From Pseudomonadales bacterium (lineage in GTDB: Bacteria > Pseudomonadota > Gammaproteobacteria > Pseudomonadales > DSM-25080): a DNA stretch of 24,000 nucleotides. The stretch's first letter is position 1. Each line of letters opens with the position of its first letter. The stretch covers positions 86,587 to 110,586 of the forward strand of contig JBEDTZ010000011.1 in the NCBI GenBank assembly GCA_040119265.1. The letters run 5' to 3'. Position numbers and translations under genes: made by a program. Positions 23,176 through 24,000 of the stretch are shown here, piece by piece. The notes under the pieces were generated by a model. It worked only from the letters and a program-made list of their open reading frames with translations. It did not search any database and was not told the origin of the DNA.

Positions 23176-23892
23176 ATGCCCCTAGATACCCAACGGTTGG
23201 ATAAATTCCTCAGCCAGCAGCTTTCCCTCAACCAGCATAATGTGCGGCTATTACTGGCGCGCAATCTGGTGCAGGTTGATGGGCAAGTAGTCAGCCAACG
23301 CGCGCAGCGGATAAACCGCTTCTCCCGTATTGAGGTGGAGGGCACGGTGCTGCAGGCAAATACCCCTTACTACTACATGCTCAACAAACCCGATGGCGTG
23401 GTCTCCGCCACCGTTGATGCACAACACCCTACCGCCTTGGATTTACTCACCGTACCCCACAAAGCTGAACTGCATATTGCCGGGCGTTTAGACCTTCACT
23501 CCACTGGATTGCTGCTCTTCACCAACGACAGCCGATGGTCCGAAGCATTAGCACATCCGGACAATAAGATAGCTAAACACTATCGCGTGGATGTCGCCAA
23601 GCCATTGGATGAAGGGTATGTTCAAGCCTTTGCCGAGGGCATGCACTTCCCCTTTGAGGACATCGTCACGCAACCGGCCAAGCTCCAAATAGTGTCCGAG
23701 TACCAGGCCGACGTGTGGCTAAAGGAAGGTAAGTATCATCAGATAAAGCGGATGTTTGGACGGTTTCGCAACCCGGTAACGGCTCTGCACCGATTGAGTA
23801 TTGGTGAGATTGTGTTGGACGCCGAGCTGGCACCTGGGCAGTCGCGAGCGTTAACGCAGGACGAGATTAATAGTGTGCGCCGAACAGGCTAA
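23176..23892 (+). CDS. rsuA: RsuA-family pseudouridine synthase with N-terminal S4 domain (16S rRNA Psi516 synthase-like)
   Basis: The S4 domain is RLDKFLSQQLSLNQHNVRLLLARNLVQVDG and the catalytic block is YYMLNKPDGVVSAT...IAGRLDLHSTGLLLFTND. YHQIKRMF and LDAELAPGQSRALTQDEINSV parallel my recollection of E. coli RsuA. The ATG at 23176 follows a GTGAGGA SD. The 45-aa N-terminal extension in the track is implausible. Confidence 0.8.
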   Translation: MPLDTQRLDKFLSQQLSLNQHNVRLLLARNLVQVDGQVVSQRAQRINRFSRIEVEGTVLQANTPYYYMLNKPDGVVSATVDAQHPTALDLLTVPHKAELHIAGRLDLHSTGLLLFTNDSRWSEALAHPDNKIAKHYRVDVAKPLDEGYVQAFAEGMHFPFEDIVTQPAKLQIVSEYQADVWLKEGKYHQIKRMFGRFRNPVTALHRLSIGEIVLDAELAPGQSRALTQDEINSVRRTG

Positions 23893-24000
23893 TACTTTAA
23901 TTTTCGGCGCTTTAAAGTTGTACAGGCCGCCTTAGCGGCCACAGCGAACAACGCCAACTTAAGAGCAGGTATTAACTCCGCCCCCTAAGTTTATTTAACC

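Noticed and set aside
23037-23345. 102-aa minus-strand ORF and the 45-aa N-terminal extension of the pseudouridine synthase
   Set aside because: Both are Arg/Cys/Trp-rich translations typical of the wrong frame. The ATG at 23176 has an SD and gives an N-terminus aligned with RsuA (..RLDKFL..).
23925-23940. GGCCGC-ctta-GCGGCC hairpin after rsuA as an intrinsic terminator
   Set aside because: The stem is only 6 bp and no T-tract follows on either strand. It may be a REP-like hairpin, but it is not confidently a terminator.

Overview
The window looks like chromosomal DNA from a Gram-negative bacterium, probably a gammaproteobacterium. That guess rests only on gene content and SD-type ribosome sites. 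The core genes mostly encode envelope or secreted enzymes: a truncated esterase, a fatty-acid hydroxylase-family protein, a Crp/Fnr regulator, a TonB_C-domain protein, an M24 peptidase, a large M16 lipoprotein peptidase, an Hsp31/DJ-1-like protein, an OmpR-type two-component system, a small alpha/beta hydrolase and an RsuA-like pseudouridine synthase. Three small accessory cassettes interrupt them: higBA (1038-1609), a membrane-protein/XRE pair (6974-7583) and vapBC (22350-22939). The main feature is a ~7.1-kb, visibly AT-richer island (about 11078-18449). It sits between the convergent M16 peptidase and DJ-1-like genes and is bracketed by ~120-bp imperfect direct repeats, each beginning with the same terminator hairpin. 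No integrase or transposase is present. All island genes are on the + strand. They are preceded by a 7x 9-bp tandem repeat, a perfect CRP box and a strongly SD-led 41-codon leader ORF carrying a TnaC-like W-F-x-x-D motif. The genes are tryptophanase (tnaA), a TnaB/Mtr-type permease, an OprB-like beta-barrel porin, a translationally coupled IbrA-like PP-loop (PAPS-reductase family) and IbrB-like ParB/Srx pair, and a YoaB/RidA-family protein. The IbrAB-like pair has no established biochemical function. It resembles DndC/DndB in domain logic and is the best candidate here for an uncharacterised system. The divergent tna leader and the porin-extended tna operon come second. All calls are from manual reading of the sequence and ORF track; no database search was run.
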